From Perna viridis (taxonomy: Eukaryota), in assembly GCA_037379345.1 (NCBI GenBank), contig CM074515.1, forward strand, positions 4,216,001 through 4,280,000: a stretch of DNA of 64,000 nucleotides, read 5' to 3'. The position numbers and the translations under genes were made by a program. Position 1 is the first letter of the stretch, and every line of letters starts with the position of its first letter. The notes below the pieces were generated by a model. The model did no database searches. It was not told where the DNA came from and saw only the letters and a program-made list of their open reading frames with translations. Below are positions 53,901-64,000 of this stretch, piece by piece.

Positions 53901-56900
53901 TACTGCCAATTCACTCTTGGTATTTTTTATATTTTTTTACTTCAAAGTTTCATGGATTTTATAAGCTCATCATGGACATGACCAGTTACTCAGGTGTAGA
54001 AGGTATAGATATTAGGATTCCAAGAGAACATTGATCATAATTAAAATGTTGTGTATATTCTATCTTAAATCTTATTATTTTTAAAAAAATAGCTTTTAAA
54101 ATAAAACAAGAGTGTACATAGTGTGGTGTATTCTTATGTGAAATTTGCTGTTTTTAATTCTAGTTGGTATTGCATGTTACCTAATGCACTGGTTTTTATT
54201 CTTTAGTTGTCATTTTTTTAAAAGATATTTATCTATTTTATAGAATCCAGATCCAATGAAAACAGACGATCAGCCCTATAATGCCCAACAGTTAGAGGAG
54301 TGTGATGCCTATCCTAATGATGGTTTTGTTTTACTCAGGGTAGATGGAAATTCACATAAAATTACACATAAGGTAAAAGGCAGGTCAATTTAATAGTGCA
54401 AAATGGAGACAATAAATTTGGTAGATAGAATCTAGAAACATTATTGCATATATATCTGTAGATTGTAAATTTTGGTTATAGAATGATTTTATACCCCTGC
54501 TCATTATATTGGGGTCTATATTTGTCTGTTCATCAATTATAAATCTCTGTAACAGATTTCTCATCTTCTAGTGGAATGAATGATTAAATGATTGGTATAT
54601 TATTTATGCATGATGACTTGTACAGTGTCTCCCCTTTCCAGGTTCCTTGTTTATCTATTTCCTGTTTACCATACATCTTGGTATTTTTTTTTATGTGATG
54701 CATAATTAAAATATTTGAACAGAATTGTTTTCTTGACAGTGATGTAATATAAAAGTGTATACCCTTGGTTCTCTATAAAATTGTACCACAAGGTTCCATA
54801 TGAAAAAAGAATGATGTGTCCATATTTGTCCCTACTTGGCAGGGTTTAACCTCTGTGGTTGTGTCACGCTACACCATGCACAGCATTTTATTATTGAAAT
54901 ACGGGCTGTATAGTGATCGGAGTGTCCATCCGTCTGTCATTCTGTTTGTAACAAATATTTCTGTCATCAGCTTCGTTTTCCGAGTGACTCAGAATTTTTT
55001 CATGTGCTGTATTGGGAAATTTCCTTTGCAGATTTCATATTGCAGCACCCATTGGAGGGAATTATTACATTTTTTTTATATATGTCTTAAGCATGATGAC
55101 TTGTGCTGTATCTCCTTTTTTCAGCTTTCTAGTTCTTGTTTTCTGAGTGAATTTTTGAATTTGTGGTATTGGGAAATTTTCTGTCACAGATTTCTCAGCA
55201 CCCATTTGAAGGAATGGTTACTGGTAGATGTTTGGTGATATAGTGATTAAATGAGCTTTTAAGATATTTCTATGGACAGATTACAACTTTATATTACATA
55301 TTATTTAATTTATTTAAAATTCCTGTTTTTAGCAAGAAACCATGAAACCATTGAGGACAGTCAATAAACCGTAAACACTCCAAAGGTTACATGTACATAG
55401 CACTTTTCAATAAATCAAGAATGGATTTTGATGAAATGTCAAAGAGACAATGACCCAACTAGGGTAAAAAATATCAGAATTTCATCGGCGCTTTAAATCC
55501 CCCCATTTTTTTTTTTTGGTTCCCCACCTAGCGTATAATTAAGACTTCTGTGTATATGATTATTTTTTGGGGAGTGGGGGTATAGATGTAGTGAGCATTG
55601 CTCACAGATTTTCTAGTTTTTTTGTTTTTTTTTTTTAAATATATACACATTTTTTCATTGTCAGAAACATCAATATTTTATCAAAATCCACAGTTGAGAG
55701 ATATGCTGATTTTGAATCAATATCTGTCCCAACTCTTCAGGATTTCGACCAAAATAGTTGTATATAGCCTAGTGATATTCCGATGATCAATTATGATAAA
55801 AAATTGATTGATTTTTCAATTTCTGGCAATGATCAATATTTTTTTTCAGAATCAATTATCACAAATCCTGATCAAAACTCTGATTTTTCTGTCATTTGTT
55901 TGTATTTAAACTTCAGGTCATTCAAACCTTTGTGAGTTAGCCAAAATGACCAATTCCAAAACCCCCAAACAGTGCTTAAGTGACAGATTAGACTAGGTTC
56001 ACATAGCAGAGAAAGTTGCTTGACCACCCAGGCTATAAAAAAGTGTCATGTGGAAATATTTTGAGTTTATTAAAGTACTAGATGGACCTGCAAATATTTG
56101 TCCAAAAGTCACCTGTAAACTGTGTTAAAAGTCATACACCAACAAAGGTTTTCACATTTAGTACACATTTATTAAAAACCTAAATCTTCCTTCAGTAAGT
56201 CTGATCTAAATCAATAATTGCATCTGACAGACGACTCCAATTATTCTGATTAACTGATAATGGATTTTCATATGATTCCAACCATGAATATAGCTACACT
56301 CTCTAGAGCATTTTATTTATGGGCATTTATTATATAAACCCTGCTTTTAAAAAGGACAGTTTATATTGATACATTATGCTTGTAAATATTAATTGTAATA
56401 AGCGATGGATTAGGCTATGAATGTATATCTTATATATTAATATATTAATACATTTAATTTGTAGACAAACCTAGGAAGTCATCAGTGGTTGTTCCAATCC
56501 AGATTAGACATTGATTTACCCCCAGCGTTGTGTCTGAGACATGATGTTGATGGATTGATGATACAACCTCAGAATACAGCCAAGGAAAACCAACAGCCAT
56601 GGACGCATACTGCCACATTTAATGCATTTGGTTATGTTCAAGCATCAAAACAACAAAGAAGGTTTTCTCTGTGTGCACCTGACTGCTCCTATGCTGTTAT
56701 TTGTGATTGCGTAAGACACATGTACATATATAGACAGCCAACAGCTGTTTTATCTCCCATACGCAATAGAAAAACAGGACAGGAAGTTGGTGCTGTTGCA
56801 AAGCAACAGTTAGTGTCATTAGATGCAGTTGACAATATCATTGGCATTCAAGTTACAAACAAATACGTATTTGTTACGACAGCTGATAATTTATACTGCA

Positions 56901-56914
56901 TTACTGTTCACTGA
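41972..56914 (+). CDS. NUDCD1: NudC domain-containing protein 1, complete, 9 exons, 589 aa
   Basis: Exons 41972-42083, 45860-46011, 46313-46501, 47031-47220, 48087-48281, 51371-51581, 53194-53335, 54244-54372, 56465-56914; 1770 nt including stop, phases consistent. Translation has LRVNRDLLDSSFSGYKLSLD, a CS domain (YTWNQNDEEINVQF...STWIM), YNAQQLEECD, CLRHDVDG, TFNAFGYVQASK and AKQQLVSL, matching NUDCD1. Confidence 0.95.
43040..44970 (+). mobile_element. Decayed RTE-clade LINE in NUDCD1 intron 1, split by an AT-rich insert (about 43650-44560)
   Basis: SVPRKVLCRILL, AGFRRGRKCIDQIF, INFIDFKKAFDSVHRE and GVRQG, then later TYLESI and NSNVKSLLLYGS..W. Confidence 0.8.
48437..49577 (+). mobile_element. 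Non-autonomous piggyBac-like element
   Basis: TTAA|CCCTTTAGCTGCTA ... TAGCAGCTTAAGGG|TAAA (14-bp TIR, one mismatch). Carries a nested Penelope fragment. Confidence 0.65.
48875..49276 (+). mobile_element. Penelope-like 3' fragment nested in the piggyBac-like element
   Basis: [45 protein letters not shown], then the family 3' UTR (gcacctggtccatgct...ctcggttccc). Confidence 0.7.
49760..51246 (+). mobile_element. Helentron/HINE-like element with an internal tandem array of about 155 bp
   Basis: Starts with ctgtctgtt...ctgtccgt. Repeats of tatgtagatgtg...gactccaa...aagtgcaactccttct...gatgaaatttta. Ends ggtgggggtatt...gtgacc/ggtcac hairpin...cttagt. Interrupted by the MITE at 50278. Confidence 0.6.
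50278..50739 (-). mobile_element. About 460-bp MITE with 18-bp TIR GGTCTCACTAACCACTTC (copy 1)
   Basis: Perfect TIRs; flanks tta|...|ttaa (Kolobok- or PIF/Harbinger-type target). Reverse complement of copies 2 and 3. Confidence 0.9.
54488..55620 (+). mobile_element. Degenerate Helentron/HINE-like element(s)
   Basis: ttttataccc start, repeated gcatgatgacttgt blocks, and end gggggtata...gtgagcattgctcac hairpin...ttctagtt. Confidence 0.45.
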
Positions 56915-56924
56915 TCTGTTGTAT

Positions 56925-56930
56925 AATAAA
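56925..56930 (+). terminator. Candidate polyadenylation signal of NUDCD1
   Basis: AATAAA begins 11 nt after the TGA stop. Confidence 0.4.
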
Positions 56931-58020
56931 TGATGTATATAGAACCTTACTTATTACTCTTATTAATGTACTGTAAATTGGGAAATTATTGACGTGTTTT
57001 AATTATTGAAAAAAGTTAGATATGATTTTAATATTCAAAATTTAAAACAGTATCAAAGTGGAGGAATATATAGTGATTGTGATGTCTATCCATCCTTCTT
57101 TCCTTCCTTCTGTTACAGAGAATGGAATTTAATGAAGCTTTCACAGAATCTTTACTTATTATTGAATATGTGGACCTTTTACTTTAGATTTTAATCTGAA
57201 GTTTTTTAGGTCTCACATCAGCAAACATGGACTTCATCATTCCCTGATGTGGGGGTACCCATCTCTTATCTGTAACTCATTCTACACCACTGAATGGAAT
57301 GTAATGAAACTTTCAAAGAATCTTTATTATAAATTCCAATTTTGCACCTTTTTTTTTAGCTCACCTGGCCATAGGCCTTGTGAGCTATTGCCATCACTTG
57401 GTGTCCATTGTCTTTCATCGTCATTAACAATTTTTCAAAACTCTTCTCCTCTGAAACTACTGGACCAATCAGAATCAAACTTGGTATGAATGTTCCTTGG
57501 GGTATCGTGCAAACTGATTTGGGGATTTTTGATCCATTGAAAACCATGGCAGCGGTTACTGAAATTAGAACATAGGGGTCAGAGAGTAGTTTTTTGCATA
57601 TATCTCCAAAACCATTAGGTTTAGCCTAATTCTGACATGGGATAAGAGTGTTCAACATGACAAGATCTATCTGTGGTTAAATTTTCATTTTAATCTCTTA
57701 AGCCATGTTGGAGTTATTGCCCTTTTTCAACATTTTTTTACTATTTTTAATGTTATTTCTTTAAAAAATCTTCTCCTCTGGCACTACTTGACCAATTGGA
57801 ACCAAACTTGGTATGAATGTTCCTTGGGGTATCATGCATAGAACTGATGTGGGGATTTTTTATCTGTCGAAAAACATGGCTGCTGTTACTAAAAATAGAA
57901 CAAAGGGGTCAGACAGTAGTTTTTCACATATATCTCCAAAACTGTTTTGGTTAGCAAAATTATTTCTAAAGCTGAAATGACCCTTATTATAAGACTTAGA
58001 AGTCTTCAAAGCTGTTCATA

Positions 58021-58478
58021 GGTCTCACTAACCACTTCTAACGTTTCCATTACTTTACATGTTAAAAAAGTAATTTTCAAAGTCTCACTGTGAATTCCCA
58101 GGACAAATGACATCTTAAAGCTGCATACCATTGCGAAGCTTGGAAAATAAGGCTTCCAAAATCATTATGCTAATGGTACGATGATAGTAGAAATTCTTCA
58201 CAAAATTTACTTGAATAAATAATACTGAAAATCCACATTTTTACCTGTTCTGCTAACTGACAGCATGGAGGCATATTACTCACACATATTACCAATATTC
58301 ATACACTTTTGTAGTTAATTACATATATGATTTTAAAGTACACATTCTCAGCTTTATTTTGACTACTTTTAATCATAATACACACAAATAATGCACTTAT
58401 AATGCATGTCTAGGTTCAGTGTGTTTTTGGTACTACATAGGGGGGTGGCCATTTGACCCAGAAGTGGTTAGTGAGACC
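58021..58478 (+). mobile_element. MITE, TIR GGTCTCACTAACCACTTC (copy 2)
   Basis: Perfect TIRs; near-identical to copies 1 and 3. Confidence 0.9.
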
Positions 58479-59065
58479 TTAAAAACATTTTATGAGTTTT
58501 TATGTTTTTCTTTTTTTACATTTTATGAAAGCTTGTGGTATTGTGAGTCTAATAAGACCAAAACTATCAAAATCAGACAAGGGACTACAAAGAAATGGTC
58601 ATTTTTATATCATGCCCCTCAGTGATATTTTCCCTAAATTACTAAAAAATTACAATTTTAACTAACTTGTCACACCAAATTGATACCTATGATAATTCCA
58701 GAAGTTGTAATAGTAAATATCATTTATCATTATGAAAAAAGAACAGATTTCAACAATTTATATCATACCTATTTCATTACTGTGTGATTCTAAGTCTGTG
58801 CTGTGTGACAATTTGAGTACTTTAAATATCCCAAGCAGTGACGTTGTGTATTTCATGGATGACGTCAAGTTATGAGTCACTGTTACAGACAAAAATCTTG
58901 TTGCTATGTTGTTTTTTAAAATACCTTGCACAATGCACCTCTTAAAATATAGCCAGATTACCAATATCACTATACTGATTTTATGGGAAAATGGAAATAA
59001 TGACCAGGAAAGGCAATTTTCCTCAAATTATGCATTTCTCTGAAATATGCCATAATTTAATTTAT

Positions 59066-59521
59066 GGTCTCACTAACCACTTCTAACGTTTCCATTACTT
59101 TACATGTTAAAAAAGTAATTTTCAAAGTCTCACTGCGAATTCCCAGGACAAATAACATCTTAAAGCTGCATACAGTTGTGAAGCTTGGAAAATAAAGCTT
59201 CCAAAATCATTACGCTTATGGTACGATGATAGTAGAAATTCTTCACAAAATTTACTTGAATAAATAATACTGAAAATCCACATTTTTACCTGTTCTGCTG
59301 ACAGCATGGAGGCATATTACTCACACATGTCAACAATATTCATACACTTTTGTAGTTAATTACATATATGATTTTAAAGTACACATTCTCAGCTTTATTT
59401 TGACTACTTTTAATCATAATACACACAAATAATGCACTTACAATGCATATGTCTCGGTTCAGTGTGTTTTTGGTACTACATAGTGGGGTGGCCATTTGAC
59501 TCGGAAGTGGTTAGTGAGACC
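59066..59521 (+). mobile_element. MITE, TIR GGTCTCACTAACCACTTC (copy 3)
   Basis: Perfect TIRs; near-identical to copy 2. Confidence 0.9.
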
Positions 59522-60677
59522 ATACTACCTGTAAGAGTTATTGCCCTCTCCAATATCTTGAAAACTATAATGGATAGAGAGAAACTTTCTATCGCTGAAA
59601 TGATCCTTATGATAGTCCTACTAAAGTTTTCTTGAGTCAAAATTGTTGGACAACTCCTTGTTAAATTTATTGCCCTTGAAAGACAAACTTTAACTAGGTG
59701 AGGGATTCAGGCTCCTGAGAGCCTCTTGTTTAGAATTTGATCCAAATAAATTTGGAGGTCAAAAGATGCATGTTATCAAATGGGAAAGTGTGGGAGAGTG
59801 TCTTGTTCACAGTTTTCCTCATTTATGATACTTTTCTCAGAAACAAATAATTATCACATTATTTAAGGACTAATATTTGTTCTGTATAAGTCTTAAATAA
59901 CTACATGTATCACTATTAGTTATTTCAATAAACAATGCATGAAATTGATCAGGGGAAAATAAATGGTATGCTGTAAAATACTTCCACAAAAGCACATCAT
60001 CTTCATATTACTGCAAAATTGTGATTTATATCGTTATGGCAATCTTTTCAAAGGGACACAGGTTTTGGGAAAACACATAAGATTGCCAGACAATGACTTA
60101 ACAAAAGGGTACAGACCATTCTGTTATGGAGGAGATATGGGATTTTATTGTGAGTTAGAAGCATTTTTTGCTCAAGTGTGAAAATTATGTTTTTTCTGCA
60201 GCAGAAAATTTTTTTCTTAAAAAATTTAGGAATTGGGATCATGAAATTTACTATAAAGCTCTAGTATTTGAGTATTTTTGTTTGGATCTCTATAAAATTG
60301 TACCACAAAATTATTGGGATTTAGGCATAATATGGCGCTGATCATTTTATTACAGAGGGGGATCTTTGATCTTTTGGAAAAAAAAATAGATGTTCCAATT
60401 TTAGAAATTTTTCATCCAATGAAAAAAATAAAAATGATTCTACATAATCCCAATAACTTTACAAGGCAGATTTTCAAATAAAAATACTAATTTCAGTTGC
60501 TGCTGATAAATTGATAAATAAATATAAATTTTGTGCTTGAGCGATAAAAATTCTTTTCTAACACCTAATCAAAGCCCTCCCTCCTCCTACCACCGCTCAG
60601 GATAATATTGGTAGGTGCTTTACTTAGACTTGAGACTTGAACTGTTGAACTTTAACATTGATTTCCATACTACAAAA

Positions 60678-60873
60678 GGAAGAGTAATCAAGGGAACCAA
60701 GGTTATAGCGTAATTAAAACAATGTAATCCAGGGACAAAGACCAGACATGAAAAACAGACATACACAACAAAGAACATAAAGTAACTAAAATCATACATA
60801 CAAATTAACAAAAGCAAATGAGCAACTCGGACTCCACTAAAAACTGGGAGCATGGACCAGGTGCACCGGAAGG
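60678..60873 (-). mobile_element. Penelope-like 3' UTR fragment
   Basis: atcaagggaacca...atgagcaactcggactccactaaaaactgggagcatggaccaggtgcaccgg matches 15377-15560. Confidence 0.7.
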
Positions 60874-61505
60874 CTTTATTTAATATTTAGGATTACAGAA
60901 GTAATTAAGCTTTACACAATATTTAGCACGAACTTATATGGCTTTCTATAGAATTGTAGTGCAAGGTTCTGTAAAAGGAAGCCTTTGATTGTTTTAAAAG
61001 ATTGTGGTTGTTACCAAAAAGGTCCAGAAATAAACTTTCTACTACATAGTACATGTATAAGGTTGCTTATCGCTGCGCCTATTTGCAATTTTAAATTTTC
61101 TTTTACCATTTTCATTCTGGGCTGAAGCTTTCAAAATTTTAAATCACATTTACACAGGTGTATCAAGTTTGAATGTCATGTCTATATACTTGTCCAAAAT
61201 GTTCAGTGTCTGTGCTCTTCAGTCGTATCACTATCAAGCTATGCTTTGCAAATCCCATTTATTTTCAAATTGCATGTAAAAGAAATGCCCACTATTATTC
61301 ACAATAAGGAGTGTAAGAGTAGTTAATATGAAGTCCACTAGTGAAGTTGATGGATAATTATGATTTTGAATCGGATTTAAAGTTTCGGGTTCGAAGTGAA
61401 TCTCGATAACATAGGTTTTTACAATAGTACTGGTTTCCGAGTATTGCACTGCTTCACCTCTGCTCACTGTTACCGTTATGACCAGATTGTTCTAAAATGG
61501 GACTC

Positions 61506-61547
61506 GGGGAAATCCATCTCTCTGATTTTGTAAAACGAAAGTGAAAG
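61506..61547 (+). promoter_or_regulatory. IRF-binding element plus near-consensus kB site upstream of the RIPK-like gene
   Basis: AAACGAAAGTGAAAG at 61533-61547 (GAAANNGAAA core) and GGGGAAATCC at 61506-61515, in a locally CpG-retaining patch 1.7 kb upstream of the kinase ATG. Confidence 0.45.
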
Positions 61548-62561
61548 AAATTTTGCAGGCTGAGGGAAAATTAGGACGACTAAATACATTAGATGTTATA
61601 AGTTGGTATCATAGGTGTCTCACTGAGCATATGTCAACAAGTTCTTTACAATCAGGCTAGTGTTGAAATTTGTTCAATTGTATGCATTTTGCTCTCAGTC
61701 TCAGTCTCAAACGGTGACAATATTAGACATTACTCAATAACATGTTATTAGATACTTGTTACATTAGGTAATATGGATTTAATCATGTTTACGAAGAATG
61801 GACCTTATTTATATATGCAAGTTGAACTGAAGTGCTTTTAATACCTTCCTTGATAATATCGGTGCTTGTGACTCCTTATATTATTTTTCCTTTTTCTCCT
61901 AGTCGGCCGAAGTAATTATGCTGTCTTTGGAGGCTAAGTTTTATTTTGCATGGATGCCTCCCTGTTGGTGGGGCATAAACATCATTAAAGAAATATATGC
62001 TTCTTCAAAGTCAAGATTATTTGGACTAGGTCAGCCAATGCCTTTTGTGTGGGAGATACATGCACATGTAGGTGTAGTTCTTGACAGTGCATGTCTATTC
62101 AGACCAAAAGGACTGAAATTTAACCAGTGTTCAGTATTCAAGGATTTTTTTTTGAAATTTTAGGTTTCTACGGTGCATCTCTACTGGAAAAGTTACCATA
62201 TTCTCCCACACTTAAGTTACCTTTCCAAATTTAACAAATCCTTCCAAAAGTTCAAATTTTCTACTTGCCAAAGGTAAAGTGGAACCATTATGAACAACTT
62301 TTCCACACCTAAATTGCACTAGCCCCGGGTGATGGGAAAACTACCAAGGGTAAGATTTGAAGTTCTCTAACCAGGGGAGATATCTGAGATTTTCTAGGCT
62401 TGCATTTTCTAGCAGTGTTTGATTTTTTTTGTTCTTTTTATTTTCAAAATTAATGAAGGATTTGTATACAAGTTCTGAATTCCCTGCCTGGCGAAATTAC
62501 TTTGTATTTACAAGAAGCACAATACATTGTATTGTTACTTTACAAACATTGCATGTTTCAT

Positions 62562-62783
62562 CTCACCATGGGTGAAATTGGGAAATCTCACATGGCTAAA
62601 AATAGGAATATACATGTCTGAATTTGAGAAAAGGAAATCCAATACTTTATCTCATCAGTGGGTGAGTTGAGGAAATCAACATTTTTATAGATAATTTTAT
62701 CTTCTAAGGAATTCTCACTAAAGAGACAAAAGAAATTCTTTTTTTTAGCTGTGCAAGATTTCCTGATCTCACCCATGGTGGAG
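62562..62783. mobile_element. Small MITE/foldback with about 40-bp imperfect TIRs
   Basis: ctcaccatgggtgaaattgggaaatctcacatggctaaaaa versus tttttagctgtgcaagatttcctgatctcacccatggtggag. Confidence 0.6.
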
Positions 62784-63212
62784 CCAAAATGTGCACTTTT
62801 TCATAAAAATTTGCTACAGCCAAATAAAGAGTTGGAGTATGATCATATCTTAACAATGGGTGTTTGAAAGTGCTATAAAAATATGAGTAAAACGAGGACT
62901 AGTTAACTTTTGGTAATGTTACTTTGATGGCTGCCTATTAGTGTCAATACTATAATATCTATTAATTCTTATGAAACTAGTAGATGCTGATTAACAATTT
63001 GTTAATGTACATGTGCAAGTTGTTTCCCAAGTTCAAATTTAAAGTTCATTTGCATTTGTTTTACATTATTAACTCATTCTATCGCTTATTTCTTCAGAAA
63101 AATACAATTTCACAATTTAATACAGTAAGAAATACCTTTTAGTTCTATGATTTTTTTTTAATTGTTTGTTGCCAAATCAGAGTTAATTCATATTTCAGGA
63201 AGTTTATAAAAC

Positions 63213-63974
63213 ATGCCACAGGACAAATCACAAGTCACAGTCTTTCCTCGGAACCAGTTTATGTTAGAGGAGCTTCCTATTGGTAGGGGAGGTTATGGCA
63301 CTGTGTTCCGTGGTCAACATACCAAACTGGGCATTGTTGCAATTAAAACTCTAATAGACACTGGGTTGTTACCTCAAAAGTAAGATATAAAGATATCTAG
63401 AGAATTTTTAATACAAGTGTTATCAGTAGTATTGCCTGTTAACATGTATTTTTGTGTAGATTTGCAACTTTTTATGTGTAAGTTACAATTTCTCTGACCA
63501 ACTGAGTATATTTTTTAATGCATTTAAAAGCCATCTGTATGATTGTCAGTAATGTAAAAAATATTTTATACATATGGTGAAGAGTATTTCTTACACAAAG
63601 GGTGCATTTGAAACTCATTTTTTCAACAACATTTCTCAATGAATAAAATCTGTTGCATGTATGTTTTTTTCAGGCACTTGCTGGCATTACAGAGAGAAGC
63701 AGAGAAATTGAGAGGTGTGTGTCAACATCCATCCATTCTAAATCTTCATGGAATTATCACTGAAAAGAATAATTATTCATTAGTTTTAGAGTACATGCCA
63801 TTAGGTAGTGCCACTGAGTTCCGTAAAGACTTTAATGTTCAGTGGCCATTAATTGTACAGATTATCAGAGACCTTGCAGATGGCATGACTTTTTTACATG
63901 AACACAAACCTACTATACTCCATCTGGACTTAAAGGGAGATAATATTTTACTAGATAAACTGTGCAGAGCAAAG
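63213..63974 (+). CDS. RIPK-like (TKL group) Ser/Thr protein kinase, first two coding exons, continues beyond the right edge
   Basis: Exons 63213-63379 and 63674-63974 (phase 2 join). Gly loop IGRGGYGTV, VAIK, alphaC QREAE, LVLEYMPLGS, GMTFLH and catalytic loop HLDLKGDNILL. An acceptor at 63198 (tttcag) implies an upstream non-coding exon. Confidence 0.85.
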
Positions 63975-64000
63975 GTAGGATACAGCAAAACTGACTGAAT

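Larger units (their letters stand above)
57352..59730 (+). mobile_element. Helentron/HINE-like element carrying two nested MITEs
   Basis: tttttagctcacctgg start, duplicated internal block of about 330 bp, end aggtgag...aggctcctgagagcctcttgtt. Reverse complement of the 3413-4304 family. Confidence 0.7.

Noticed and set aside
61234-61467. 77-aa minus-strand ORF near the kinase promoter
   Set aside because: GTG start, no recognisable motif and no supporting exon structure.

Overview
AT-rich animal genomic DNA with spliceosomal (GT-AG) genes. The repeat families suggest a bivalve mollusc, possibly a mytilid (inference). I assembled four genes by hand with phase-consistent exons. (1) KIF15 kinesin on the minus strand: 28 coding exons from 35877 down to 1353, about 1063 aa in the window, continuing past the left edge. 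(2) A 3-exon, 221-aa gene for a bacterial-type DUF218/YdcF protein, head-to-head with KIF15 (36216-37481, +). (3) A complete 9-exon NUDCD1 (41972-56914, +, 589 aa). (4) The first two coding exons of a RIPK-like non-RD kinase (63213 onward, +). Introns and intergenic DNA hold two large minisatellite arrays with higher-order duplications, decayed LINEs (CR1/L2, RTE), Penelope-like fragments, several MITE and Helentron-type elements, and one intact SINE-like insertion with a target-site duplication and a pseudoknotted 5' head. The long ORFs at 19.3-23.3 kb are artefacts of a stop-free 27-bp satellite. The most interesting leads are the intron-containing bacterial-like DUF218 gene with a kB site, the recurrent frame-length but disabled duplications of exon/intron junctions, and the structured SINE head. 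None is proven novel without database searches.
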